DNA of 64,000 nt from Thermodesulfobacteriota bacterium (GCA_047518015.1 JAKZRS010000034.1:9382-73381); one strand, 5' to 3'. Shown: positions 10,831-20,719, numbered from the stretch's first letter. Notes: generated from the letters alone by a model not told the origin. Translations and numbers: made by a program.

Positions 10831-12060
10831 TACAAGCAACGCCCCATCGGGGGCGACGAGAACGTCAACTGGCCTTCCCCACGCGGTTCCGTCGCTTTTA
10901 AGCCATCCTTGCGCAAACACTTGGTAGGAAACCTCTTTCCCTGGCCTGAAACACGCCAATGCTACCCTGTATCCTATGGGTGTACTCCTGTTCCACGAAC
11001 CATGCTCGGCAATGAAAATGCTGTTTTTGTAAGGCGCGGGAAACATTGAAGCCGTGTAAAACCGCATCCCTAAAGCCGCGACATGGGCGGGAAGTTCCAG
11101 TTCGGGAGGAGTAAATTCGCTGCAGGCGCGCATTGAACCGAAGCCTGGATCTGAAACATCCGTTCCATGGCAATACGGAAAACCGAAATGAAGTCCGGCA
11201 CCGCCAGCGCGGTTAAGTTCGTCCGGAGGACTGTTATCAGTAATTCGCTGGTCGTTACTGATATTGTCTCTTCCGTTATCGGTAAACCAGAGTTCACCCG
11301 ACCCCGGATGCCAGTCAAACCCCACGGTGTTTCGCACTCCGTGCGCGAAAACCTCAAGACTTGATCCGTCGGGGTTCATTCTCAGGATCGCGGCGTACCG
11401 TTCGTCACTTTTTTTGCAGACATTGCACGGCGCTCCGACAGGAACGTAGAGCTTTCCATCCGGTCCGAACCGCAGGAACTTCCACCAATGCGAAGCGCCT
11501 CCCGGAAGCATGTCAATTACGACCGTGGGGGCAGGAGGGGACGAAAGCCTGCTCTCGATTTCGTCATAGCGAATAATCCTGTTGCGTTCGGCGACATAAA
11601 GATCTCCGTCCCAAAATGCCACGCCGTTTGGAACATCAAGATTGTCCGCGATTACCCGGACGGTCTCGGCGTAATTATCGCCGTCTGTATCGCTAAGGGC
11701 GTATACGGTTCCGAGATTTCTCGTACCGACAAACAAAGTGCCATTAGTTCCTAGAGCAAGTGAACGAGCGCCAGAAATCTGCTTTGAATAAAATGAGATG
11801 GAAAACCCTTCGGGAATAGATATCTCATATGACTGCTGGGATATCGGGTCCGTAAGTGTTTTCGGATCAAGCACAAGCGAAGGGCAATCCGGAGGAGGGG
11901 GCGGCGGCGGTGGTGGTGGTTTCGAAGGAACTTCCACAGGCATAGGTCCGGCAGGATCTTGTAAAGCCATGTTCGGAACAACTTCGTCCCCGCCGCCACA
12001 GCCAGACGAAAGAAGACATAAAAGCACTGGAATCAGTAGTTTGAAAAGCTTGTGCGTCAT
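10789..12060 (-). CDS. PQQ-dependent sugar (glucose/sorbosone) dehydrogenase-family beta-propeller lipoprotein
   Basis: Lipobox LLSSGC; an 11-residue Pro run; the C-terminus GRPVDVLVAPDGALLVSDDRRGAIYRISR is typical of the SGL/sorbosone dehydrogenase family. Confidence 0.7.
   Translation of the reverse strand: MTHKLFKLLIPVLLCLLSSGCGGGDEVVPNMALQDPAGPMPVEVPSKPPPPPPPPPPDCPSLVLDPKTLTDPISQQSYEISIPEGFSISFYSKQISGARSLALGTNGTLFVGTRNLGTVYALSDTDGDNYAETVRVIADNLDVPNGVAFWDGDLYVAERNRIIRYDEIESRLSSPPAPTVVIDMLPGGASHWWKFLRFGPDGKLYVPVGAPCNVCKKSDERYAAILRMNPDGSSLEVFAHGVRNTVGFDWHPGSGELWFTDNGRDNISNDQRITDNSPPDELNRAGGAGLHFGFPYCHGTDVSDPGFGSMRACSEFTPPELELPAHVAALGMRFYTASMFPAPYKNSIFIAEHGSWNRSTPIGYRVALACFRPGKEVSYQVFAQGWLKSDGTAWGRPVDVLVAPDGALLVSDDRRGAIYRISR
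11891..11920. repeat. (GGN)10 simple-sequence tract encoding a poly-proline run on the minus strand
   Basis: ggaggagggggcggcggcggtggtggtggt read directly from the sequence; it encodes PPPPPPPPPPP in the dehydrogenase lipoprotein. Confidence 0.7.
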
Positions 12061-12224
12061 AACTTCCCTAGTATAAAAACACTCATAGACCCGCCGAATG
12101 TCAAACGGAACATGTTCGCACAGAAACGCAACAAGACCGAAAACTCTTCCTTGCCGCGCGGTTCACTAAATCGAGCGCTTGGGTAAAGTTATTATTCATT
12201 TTTCGCAAACAAGAGGTCCGGTTC

Positions 12225-13232
12225 ATGTCTTCTCTTATTCTGGGTATTGAAACATCATGCGATGAAACTTCCGCGGCGGTAGTCAAAGACGGAAACCAGA
12301 TGCTCTCAAACGTGGTCTCCTCGCAGATTGACGTTCATAACGCCTTCGGCGGAGTAGTGCCGGAGATAGCGTCACGCATGCACACCGAAATAATCCTGCA
12401 GGTAATAGATCAGGCTCTTGGGACCGCTGAAACTTCCGCCAAGGAAGTGGACGCCATAGCGGTAACCCAGGGGCCAGGGCTAATAGGCTCTCTTATGGTC
12501 GGAATTTCAACGGCAAAGGCGCTTGCGTTTTCCCACGGGAAACCCCTTGTGGGGGTAAACCACCTAGAAGCGCACATAGCCGTAGCGCATCTTGAAAACA
12601 AAATTGATTTTCCTTTTGTCGCCCTAATAGTTTCCGGAGGACACACGAACCTTTACATGGTAAGAGGATTTCTGGATTTCGAACTGCTCGGAAGCACAAG
12701 AGACGACGCCGCGGGAGAGGCTTTTGACAAGAGTGCAAAGGCTCTTGGGCTCGGATACCCAGGAGGAGTCGAAATAGACAGGCTTTCAAAAAACGGCAAC
12801 CCCGACGCGATCAGTTTTCCGAGGCCTTTTAACAATGAGTCTTTTGATTTCAGCTTCAGCGGGCTTAAAACCGCTCTTTTAAACCACATAAAGAAAAACC
12901 CTGTTGAAAGCGAAGAAAATCTCTTTGACGTATGCGCCGGGTTTCAGGAAGCCATAGTGGAAACCCTTGTTGACAAGACTCTTAATGCGGCGAGGAAAAA
13001 CGAAGTGAGAAGCGTTGTTTTAGCTGGCGGTGTGGCCTGCAATTCAAGGCTGAGGAAACTCAGCGAGGAGAGAATCAGAAGCGAGGGAATAAACGTTTTC
13101 ATGCCCTCGCCTGCCCTTTGCACCGACAACGCGGCCATGATAGCTACGCTCGGTTACCACATGTACGCGGATAGCAGGATATCCACGCTTGACATATCGC
13201 CTTATTCGACTGCAAGACGCAGAGTCTCCTAA
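12225..13232 (+). CDS. tsaD: tRNA N6-adenosine threonylcarbamoyltransferase
   Basis: MSSLILGIETSCDETSAAVV N-terminus; 335 aa Kae1/YgjD family. Confidence 0.9.
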   Translation: MSSLILGIETSCDETSAAVVKDGNQMLSNVVSSQIDVHNAFGGVVPEIASRMHTEIILQVIDQALGTAETSAKEVDAIAVTQGPGLIGSLMVGISTAKALAFSHGKPLVGVNHLEAHIAVAHLENKIDFPFVALIVSGGHTNLYMVRGFLDFELLGSTRDDAAGEAFDKSAKALGLGYPGGVEIDRLSKNGNPDAISFPRPFNNESFDFSFSGLKTALLNHIKKNPVESEENLFDVCAGFQEAIVETLVDKTLNAARKNEVRSVVLAGGVACNSRLRKLSEERIRSEGINVFMPSPALCTDNAAMIATLGYHMYADSRISTLDISPYSTARRRVS

Positions 13233-13527
13233 GGCCGTTTTAGTAAGGTAACCGTCCTTATATCCCAAATAGATTAATACTTTCCGAATCTTCTCTACTA
13301 AACATCTCAAGATTTTTATTCAAAGCACCAGATGTCTCTCTAAAAGAAATATGTGCGCAGCTTTTGACTGGCAGAGTTGCTTTGTAAGCAGGAATACAAC
13401 ATATATGATTCTTTTAGAGATAAAAACAACTTAGTTATTGCAATTAATCAAAAAGAAACTAATATATTGTTATAATTTTTAAGAGCATCTTATTTGTTTA
13501 CAATATTAGCTTGGAGAAAAGACTGAA

Positions 13528-13851
13528 ATGAGCAGAATACGTGATCAGATTAAAAACCGCCGAAAAAAACTCGCCCTAAAGCAAAAAGATATGATGTTGC
13601 GCGTCGGCATGTCAAGACAGCAGTACCAGCGGCTGGAATCCAGAGGAAACCCACGCTTAGACACTCTTGAGCTTGTTGCCAAGGGGCTTAGGATGGAAGT
13701 TGTACTTGTTCCGCAGGAAAAACTGCGCTTGGTTCGCGACATACTGGAAGGAAAAACCCATATAGGTTCAGGCGCTGAATTTGATTTCAGCCTTACAGTG
13801 GAAAACGAAACGGTTTCTGATAACCCCTGGAAAGGGCTGCTGGAGGAGTGA
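13528..13851 (+). CDS. hipB: XRE-family HTH antitoxin (HipB-like)
   Basis: 107 aa; HTH segment LALKQKDMMLRVGMSRQQYQRLESRGNPRLDTLELVAKGL; 4-nt overlap (ATGA-type) with the downstream hipA-like gene. Confidence 0.7.
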   Translation: MSRIRDQIKNRRKKLALKQKDMMLRVGMSRQQYQRLESRGNPRLDTLELVAKGLRMEVVLVPQEKLRLVRDILEGKTHIGSGAEFDFSLTVENETVSDNPWKGLLEE

Positions 13852-15119
13852 TCGTGAGCGGCGCAGAAGAAGTCAATGTTCTAGAACTCACCCTGCACGG
13901 CATGAAAGTCGGATACCTGACGGGCCACAAAGACGGCCGAAATGTCCTTACGTTCACGCCTGAGTTTACAGGGAGCAGTTCGCGACCAACCTTTACTCTG
14001 ACAACGCATCCGGATTTTCCTAACGTAAAAAACCTGCTTGCAAAGCCTTGGTCAAAGAGACAGAGACTGCATCCGGTGCTGTCCAATCTGTTGCCCGAAG
14101 GAGTATTGAAAGAGTTGCTGGCGCAAAGTCTGAAAATCCATATTGACAACGAATTCGAGTTGCTCGCCCGTCTTGGAGAGGATTTGCCCGGGGCTCTGAT
14201 CGTCACTGTCGCAGAACCCGGTGAAGTTCCCGGCTACGCATTGGCAGACAGAGCAAAAGCCATCAAAGCCGACATACGGAGTGGCGCAAAACATTTTTCT
14301 CTGGCCGGCGTACAAATGAAATTCTCAATGAGAGAACAGGATGGACGCTATCGAATTGCTGAATCAGGAGATCTTGGGGACTGGATCATCAAGACCCCGT
14401 CCACCAGACACAAACTTGTTCCCTTAAACGAGTTCACCGCCATGCGGCTTGCGCAGACAGCGGGCGTCGATATACCGGATATCCGGCTGGTTGAAATGAG
14501 TGCCATAGACAAGCTCCCCGCTATCAACCTCCCTGAAGAAGAATTCGCATTTGCCATAAGGCGGTTTGACCGCGTGGGCGAGAAACGCATTCACACAGAG
14601 GACTTCGCCCAAGTTCTGGTGAAGTACCCGCAGCAGAAGTATGACGGTCCGAACTACGAGCAGATAGGAAAGATCATTTATCAGTACACCGGCGACAGCC
14701 TCAGAAACGCCCAGCAGTTCGCCCGACGATTACTGGTCAACATTCTATTGGCCAATGGTGACGCTCACCTAAAAAACTGGTCTCTGATCTATCCCGACAC
14801 GGTCACGCCGGAACTTTCCCCCGCCTACGATCTCGTGATCACTCGCGTTTATATAGGTGACAAGAGGGAATACGCGTTGAATTTAGACAGGAACAAGGAC
14901 TGGTATAAAACCACATTCAGTCATTTTAAAGCCTGGGCGGACAAAGCCGGTATTCCATGGAAAGCCATTAAACCGCCGCTTGACGACACGCTGGATAAAG
15001 CGCGCTCTCTCTGGCCAAGATTTCTTGACGACCTACCCATGGACTATGCTCAAAAAAAAGAACTCAAAGAGCACTGGCGACTGCTGTCCGCAGACTTTCG
15101 GATTGAGACCGATAGATAG
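13848..15119 (+). CDS. hipA: HipA-family serine/threonine kinase toxin
   Basis: 423 aa; N-terminal HipA_N-like region and C-terminal catalytic loop LLVNILLANGDAHLKNWSL (DxHxKN motif). Confidence 0.8.
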   Translation: MIVSGAEEVNVLELTLHGMKVGYLTGHKDGRNVLTFTPEFTGSSSRPTFTLTTHPDFPNVKNLLAKPWSKRQRLHPVLSNLLPEGVLKELLAQSLKIHIDNEFELLARLGEDLPGALIVTVAEPGEVPGYALADRAKAIKADIRSGAKHFSLAGVQMKFSMREQDGRYRIAESGDLGDWIIKTPSTRHKLVPLNEFTAMRLAQTAGVDIPDIRLVEMSAIDKLPAINLPEEEFAFAIRRFDRVGEKRIHTEDFAQVLVKYPQQKYDGPNYEQIGKIIYQYTGDSLRNAQQFARRLLVNILLANGDAHLKNWSLIYPDTVTPELSPAYDLVITRVYIGDKREYALNLDRNKDWYKTTFSHFKAWADKAGIPWKAIKPPLDDTLDKARSLWPRFLDDLPMDYAQKKELKEHWRLLSADFRIETDR

Positions 15120-15189
15120 TTAAACTACAAACCGGACTCATCAGCAAAAAACCAACCCCCAACCCCATTTGATGAGAAAAAACTAAAAC

Positions 15190-15492
15190 TTAGGTTTCGT
15201 AGTCGGCAAGAGCTACATCAGTTCTTATCTGCCGGATGAACTGTGCGACCTTCACGTGCTCGGGGTGTTTCTGGTAGATTTCGAGATCTTCCATTGATTC
15301 AAACTCTGAATAAAGGGCAACATCGTATGAGACGGGAAGTTCGTTAAAATTTTTCCCAAGCTCCATCGTCTTTATTTCCGGAATGGCGCTTTTTAGCCCC
15401 TCTAATTCCTGCTTGATCTTGGCTATACATTCATCCTTGCTCATCCCTTCGTGTGAATCCTTTAGTTTCCACATTACTATATGCTTTATCAC
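15190..15492 (-). CDS. Dabb-family stress-responsive alpha/beta-barrel protein
   Basis: 100 aa; MIKHIVMWKLKD ... PEHVKVAQ pattern typical of the Dabb domain. Confidence 0.65.
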   Translation of the reverse strand: MIKHIVMWKLKDSHEGMSKDECIAKIKQELEGLKSAIPEIKTMELGKNFNELPVSYDVALYSEFESMEDLEIYQKHPEHVKVAQFIRQIRTDVALADYET

Positions 15493-15644
15493 CTGAATCT
15501 CCTTGGAAAAGTGGTCTGTAAATTTTCCAAACAGAGTAAATTGTTTTTAACGAAATTGCGAAAAATTCCTCTCTTATCAAGGCAGTTACTCAGCTCTGGG
15601 TCATGGAGTATATTATGGCGACAAAAAAGGTATGATTAATTTTC

Positions 15645-18380
15645 ATGCGGGGAAAAAGAGAAATATTCAACGAGCTTCCGTTCGTTTCGAATTTCGAGAA
15701 AGACAAGACCGATTTTCTGCTTAAAATCGGCGAACTGATAGAAGTGCCCGAACGCTACGTTCTCACCAAGCAGTTCGAACCGAGCCATTCTTTTTATTTC
15801 CTCGTCGAGGGCCTAGTGAATTTCTCAATCAGCGTCGAGGACAGAACCGACGAATTCTCGGTGGGGAAAAGCAGCGAAAAGTTCACGCCCGTAGGCTGGT
15901 CTGGCTTTCGCTCTCCCAAACGTTACTACACGACAATTGTATGCGAAAAGCCCTGCGTCCTGCTAAAATGGAGTCACCAGAATCTTGAGAAGTTCTTCGA
16001 TCAGGAACCTCTTCTTGGACGCGAATTTCTTCTGTTCGTTCTCAGCAAAAGCATAAACCTCCTAAAGCATGTTCGAGCTGAACTTGCTGAATACAATAAC
16101 GTCAACTGGGACATGGAGGCGGGAAAAACGGGCGGTTTCTCCCAGGAAGGAAAATACATATCCGTGCCTAACCCGCTTCAGCTTCTGAGACAATCCCCTT
16201 TTTTCGAGGTTTTTCCCGACAGAACGTTGCGTCAACTGGCAAAAGCGACCCAGAAAAAATACTATCTGAACAATGAACCCATATTTAATCAGGAAGATAT
16301 TTCCGAAGGAATAGACATACTGGCTTACGGAAAGGCCGTACTGTGCTTCTCGCCCGACGGTTCGCAGGGCGGAGTTGAGGAATCCGTGGCACTTCGCCTG
16401 ATTAACCTTCCCGGATACCTGGTCGGCTGGATGGGCGCCGCCCCCGCCGGGCCAAACGACGTTACGGCTGTTGCGAGCAGAAATTCGGTTATCTATCACA
16501 TAAGCGCCCTCAATCTTCACAAAATCCTGAATCAGGACCCATCCATGGCCCTAGCTCTAGCCAGAAGACTTCTGTGGCTGGTATCGATCCGGCTGCGAAA
16601 TGTCCGCGCGGGACTCATATCGCAAAGATACGAACGCGAAATACTGGCCATAAGCAATCTTATCGGGCAAAACGCCATGCAGTTAAGCGTAAACTCGCCT
16701 ATTCATAAGCTACCTCATCTGCTAAACAACCCGCTGACACTCGATGACGCTTTTCGGCTTCTGTTCAGACTGGAAAAAGAGGGCGAGAGTCTTGAGAGGG
16801 AACTCTCCCGTCTCAGCCTTGATATCCTCGGAAAGATCTACAAGGAATACAACTTTTTCGAGGGACTAAAAAACGTCTATCAGTCCGTGACCGCAGCACC
16901 CAAGTCACTTTCTCCAAGCGAAATAAGAACCATGGCGGCCAAGCAGTTCATGGGCGTTTTCAAGAGCACTCCTTACGTAATCGAAGGCTGGGAGAATCTG
17001 CCTGATGAGCCGGGACACATATTCATATACAATCATCTGCTGAACCATCCCTACAACACTCTGCCCAACCATTTTCAGATTACGCTCGATTCTCACTTCA
17101 TAAGCTCGATGGTTCTTTACGCCAAGTACGGCGAAGCCGGGATCCGGGTTGTCCGAGTGCCCAGGGCGGAAGAATACGGACACGAATACTACTACCAAAG
17201 GCTCGGACACATTAACGTTTACACCGACGAATCCGACACTACCAAGCAAACTTCCGAGCGGAAAAAAGCGTGGAGGAAAAAGTTCTACAAAACGGCCAGT
17301 GGATACCTGAAGAAAGGATTTAACATAGTAATAAGTCCAGAGGGAACCAGCATGACGACGGAGGAATCGCCCGGTCCGTTCAAGCTCGGCGCTTTTCTTC
17401 TGGCCGCATCCATTTCGCCCGAGCCTTATATCGTTCCCATAGCGGCAGCGAATTTTGACAAAAGAATAAACCAGAACGTGTTCTCCCTGGTAATAAAAAA
17501 GCCTTTCAGGATATCCGATTACGTCAAAAACCCCGAGGAGAACAAAGACAGGCTCTTTGAGTTTGTTAAGGAATACGGAAACGAGTACAGAACATACGTG
17601 GAAGAGGCGGCGGGACTTGCGAGACGGGTGGAATCCACCAAGATCAACTTAAAAACTTTTGAGCAGGTCGAAAAAGATTTCCTTGTAATCGATAAGAACC
17701 TGTTTGAGCAGGATGTAAGGATTCTTGAAAGACGTCACGTCGGGAAAAAGAATAACGCCACGGTGTTTTACGGCAGTTCAAGCTTTCGCCTCTGGAGAGG
17801 CATGGCAAGGGATTTTTCCGAATATAACGTCGTGAACCTGGGTTTCGGCGGCGCCAGGATCGCCTACTGCCTGCATTATTTCAAACGCCTCATAAAACCA
17901 AATGACGCTAAATCCCTGGTTTTCTACGCGGGCGATAACGATATCGGGGACGGCTGCCTGCCAAAGCAGGTGCTGAATCTCTTCGTGGATTTCTACCACC
18001 GCTTCAGAGAGTCCTATCCCCGCACCAAAATCACTTTTGTTTCCATAAAGCCCAGCCCCGTAAGATTCCATTTTCTTGACAGAATCACGGCATCAAACGA
18101 TCTCATAAGACAGTTCCTGTCAAGAGAACCCAACGCCTTTTACCTCAATGTCTACGACTACATGCTAAATGAGAATGGAGAGATAAGGGAAGAACTGTTC
18201 ACCGAAGACGGTCTTCATCTGAACAGGAAAGGATACGCTTTATGGAAAGAACTGTTTTTAGCAGACGCAAAAGAGATTTTTTATGATCCAAGGCCCGAAG
18301 AATCTGAAAAACGGGTTGAAATTCCCCCTCCGGGAAAAACCGAGCATACGCGAATATCCACAGACCTCAGCTTTAAATAG
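15645..18380 (+). CDS. multidomain protein: two cyclic-nucleotide-binding (cNMP/CAP-like) domains, a PlsC/LPLAT-like acyltransferase domain and a C-terminal SGNH/GDSL hydrolase domain
   Basis: 911 aa. FEPSHSFYFLVEGLVNF-type cNMP beta-roll segments appear twice in the first ~330 aa. FPEG-like acyltransferase block ISPEGTS. C-terminal SGNH blocks FYGSSSF, GFGGARI, YAGDNDI, DGLHLN. Confidence 0.65.
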   Translation: MRGKREIFNELPFVSNFEKDKTDFLLKIGELIEVPERYVLTKQFEPSHSFYFLVEGLVNFSISVEDRTDEFSVGKSSEKFTPVGWSGFRSPKRYYTTIVCEKPCVLLKWSHQNLEKFFDQEPLLGREFLLFVLSKSINLLKHVRAELAEYNNVNWDMEAGKTGGFSQEGKYISVPNPLQLLRQSPFFEVFPDRTLRQLAKATQKKYYLNNEPIFNQEDISEGIDILAYGKAVLCFSPDGSQGGVEESVALRLINLPGYLVGWMGAAPAGPNDVTAVASRNSVIYHISALNLHKILNQDPSMALALARRLLWLVSIRLRNVRAGLISQRYEREILAISNLIGQNAMQLSVNSPIHKLPHLLNNPLTLDDAFRLLFRLEKEGESLERELSRLSLDILGKIYKEYNFFEGLKNVYQSVTAAPKSLSPSEIRTMAAKQFMGVFKSTPYVIEGWENLPDEPGHIFIYNHLLNHPYNTLPNHFQITLDSHFISSMVLYAKYGEAGIRVVRVPRAEEYGHEYYYQRLGHINVYTDESDTTKQTSERKKAWRKKFYKTASGYLKKGFNIVISPEGTSMTTEESPGPFKLGAFLLAASISPEPYIVPIAAANFDKRINQNVFSLVIKKPFRISDYVKNPEENKDRLFEFVKEYGNEYRTYVEEAAGLARRVESTKINLKTFEQVEKDFLVIDKNLFEQDVRILERRHVGKKNNATVFYGSSSFRLWRGMARDFSEYNVVNLGFGGARIAYCLHYFKRLIKPNDAKSLVFYAGDNDIGDGCLPKQVLNLFVDFYHRFRESYPRTKITFVSIKPSPVRFHFLDRITASNDLIRQFLSREPNAFYLNVYDYMLNENGEIREELFTEDGLHLNRKGYALWKELFLADAKEIFYDPRPEESEKRVEIPPPGKTEHTRISTDLSFK

Positions 18381-18748
18381 CCCGTTACCGCCGACCGCGC
18401 TCCTTCCCCAAAGCGGGAATCAGAAGCCACATCTTTCTTTTTGAGTGACGCCCCCAGCTTGGAGAGAGCAAAACGTAATTACCTCGAAGCATCGGTGAGT
18501 CATCAAGACGAAAAGAGAGTTTGGCAGAACCTTCATAGCCCGAAACATACCTTCCCGAAACGGAAAAATCGGCTTTTGCCGAGCAAGACTGCCCGCGGAG
18601 AAAAACCCACAGGTCATTTTCCTCAAACTCGATCCCCAGAGCCTTCTGCCTTTTATCAATCCATCCCGCGTTTGGAAAAACCCAGTGGCGATAACCGCCC
18701 GTGAGTTCAAGGGAAAGGACAAAACAGGTGGTTTCCGAGACGATTTTC

Positions 18749-19525
18749 CTAACAGAGTATCTGAGAGTTGAGTTCATAGAGCAATCTAAGGCCGTGGAGA
18801 GCAAGATCTTTGTCAACCCGCGTCGTACAGGCGCACTCCTCACTCACCGCGTCAGCAAATCCCCCGGTGATTACAACCTCCGGAGAAGACCCCATCTCCT
18901 CTTTCAGTTTTGCACAGAGCCCGTCGATCATTGAAGCGTAACCATAAAACAGTCCCGACTGTATACATTCAACTGTGTCTTTGCCGATTACCTGTTCGGG
19001 CTTTTCGGGTTCTACCTTCGGAAGCTTTGATGTTCCGTGGTAAAGCGCTACTGTAGAAAGCTCGATCCCGGGAACTATCGCCCCACCCAGATATTCTCCT
19101 TTTTCAGAAACACAGTCAAAAGTAGTTGCCGTCCCGAGGTCAACCACTATCACACTTCCGCCGAAGCGGTGGTAAGCGGCAACGGCATTTGCTATCCTGT
19201 CGGCCCCGAGTTCTTCAGGATTATAAATCCGAATCGGCATGCCCGTTCTTGTCTCGGGACCCACGATTATGGGTGGATGACCGAAATATTTCTCTATCAA
19301 TTTCGCCACTCCCTCCTGCATTTCGGTAACCACACAGGAGAGTATGGCGCCGCTGAACGAAGAGGACGATATGTCATTCTCGTTCATCTTCCCGAAGAGG
19401 ATAATCCCGTAATCGTCAGGGCTTTTGGTCCTGTCTGTATCAATCCTGAAGCTGTATACAAGGTCCTCTCCGGAAAATATTCCGACCATTATGCTGGTGT
19501 TGCCGACGTCAATTGCGAGAAGCAT
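18749..19525 (-). CDS. coaX: type III pantothenate kinase
   Basis: MLLAIDVGNTSIMVGIF N-terminus; 258 aa; ASKHA fold typical of CoaX. Confidence 0.85.
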   Translation of the reverse strand: MLLAIDVGNTSIMVGIFSGEDLVYSFRIDTDRTKSPDDYGIILFGKMNENDISSSSFSGAILSCVVTEMQEGVAKLIEKYFGHPPIIVGPETRTGMPIRIYNPEELGADRIANAVAAYHRFGGSVIVVDLGTATTFDCVSEKGEYLGGAIVPGIELSTVALYHGTSKLPKVEPEKPEQVIGKDTVECIQSGLFYGYASMIDGLCAKLKEEMGSSPEVVITGGFADAVSEECACTTRVDKDLALHGLRLLYELNSQILC

Positions 19526-19718
19526 AGCGAATCAAGCCCGGTTTTTACGATCTGGCCCTTTGATGAAAGGCTCAAGAACTCCCGGAACGATAGATGCCTT
19601 TATTCCGACGGAGAAAAACCGGTTTCGAGGGGAGTATAACTTAAAAACCGGATAAACCGAAGCGCTCCCATCCAGGCTGACACCCCTTTTTTACATCAAA
19701 CTCATGGGAAATAAAACG

Positions 19719-19759
19719 CGGGGAAAAACCCTACTCCACTTCAAAAGGGTTTTTCCCCG
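19719..19759 (-). terminator. strong GC-rich hairpin (14-bp stem) in the coaX upstream/intergenic region; possible minus-strand terminator or leader attenuator
   Basis: CGGGGAAAAACCCT - 13 nt loop - AGGGTTTTTCCCCG. On the minus strand it is followed by CGCGTTTTATTTCC. No annotated minus-strand gene lies upstream of it within 200 nt. Confidence 0.3.
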
Positions 19760-19960
19760 ACCCGGCAAAACTTTATTAGGACTGATCGTTTCCTATCATC
19801 CTGAAATTATTTTCAAATCAGATTATCAATGTTCTTGACAACAACGAAGGATTGTTATTGAATTAAAAAGTAAGTTGGGGAAGTGGGTTCTTTGATACCG
19901 GAAGAGGGGAAACTGGTTATGTCAAAATTCTCAGAATTATAATAAAGGAGGGTTTAAGAA

Positions 19961-20719
19961 ATGGAGAAATTATACAATAACCCTGCGTGGCGCCGTATCA
20001 GAGGATTGCGTGGTTTCGGAATTCTTGCTTTATCAGTAGCCTTCTGTCTTACCGGATTGCTCGCACTTTCTTCCTGTGATCTTGAGTTTTGGGAGGACGA
20101 TGATGGTGAAGCGGCACCGGAAGCGATGGAGATGAGAGGGTTTTTTACGAGTGCTGACGAGAATGGTGACACGGTCTGTAGTTTTGAAGACACTAACGTG
20201 TTTCTGGAAGGAGATGAGGCTACCGGAAAACTTGACGTCAAGATGGTTGGTGGGAGTGACCAGTTCGATGCGAAATTCGGACACGTGGGGATAAAGCTCA
20301 TTAATGATATGGGTGATAAGACTATTGTAACCGCTTACGCATCTCAATCTGATGACGACCAGGAAAACTATGTTCATCCCGGGTCATATTATCTCGCTTC
20401 AACAACCGACAGTGACATTGCCGGAGGAGAAACAATATTCGCCGGTTACTGGGTCGGCCACCTTTATCGCGGCGACAACCACGTGGTTTTATGTCCGTAC
20501 GTGCTGGTACCAAGGAGCATGTCAGATAAAGAAGACTGTGGCGGAATGACGACGACGGTAGATGGTGTAGAATCGACGACGAATGGAATGGATGCAGACA
20601 TGGTCCACGAGGGGCTGCAAAAATATCTTACACAGGAGGATGGCGACAGCGGACTCGAACTGAGAGCATGCTACTCCGTTTTTGATGATGATGGCTTCGT
20701 CTCGCCCACGCAGGACTAA
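19961..20719 (+). CDS. hypothetical acidic lipoprotein
   Basis: Lipobox LLALSSC; good RBS AAGGAGGG and a TATAAT upstream; Asp/Glu-rich mature region; no recognisable family. Confidence 0.55.
   Translation: MEKLYNNPAWRRIRGLRGFGILALSVAFCLTGLLALSSCDLEFWEDDDGEAAPEAMEMRGFFTSADENGDTVCSFEDTNVFLEGDEATGKLDVKMVGGSDQFDAKFGHVGIKLINDMGDKTIVTAYASQSDDDQENYVHPGSYYLASTTDSDIAGGETIFAGYWVGHLYRGDNHVVLCPYVLVPRSMSDKEDCGGMTTTVDGVESTTNGMDADMVHEGLQKYLTQEDGDSGLELRACYSVFDDDGFVSPTQD

Noticed and set aside
15120-15189. Inverted repeat CTCATCA-N26-TGATGAG between convergent hipA and the Dabb gene as a bidirectional terminator
   Set aside because: Only 7-bp arms with a 26-nt loop and no U-tract. Too weak to call.
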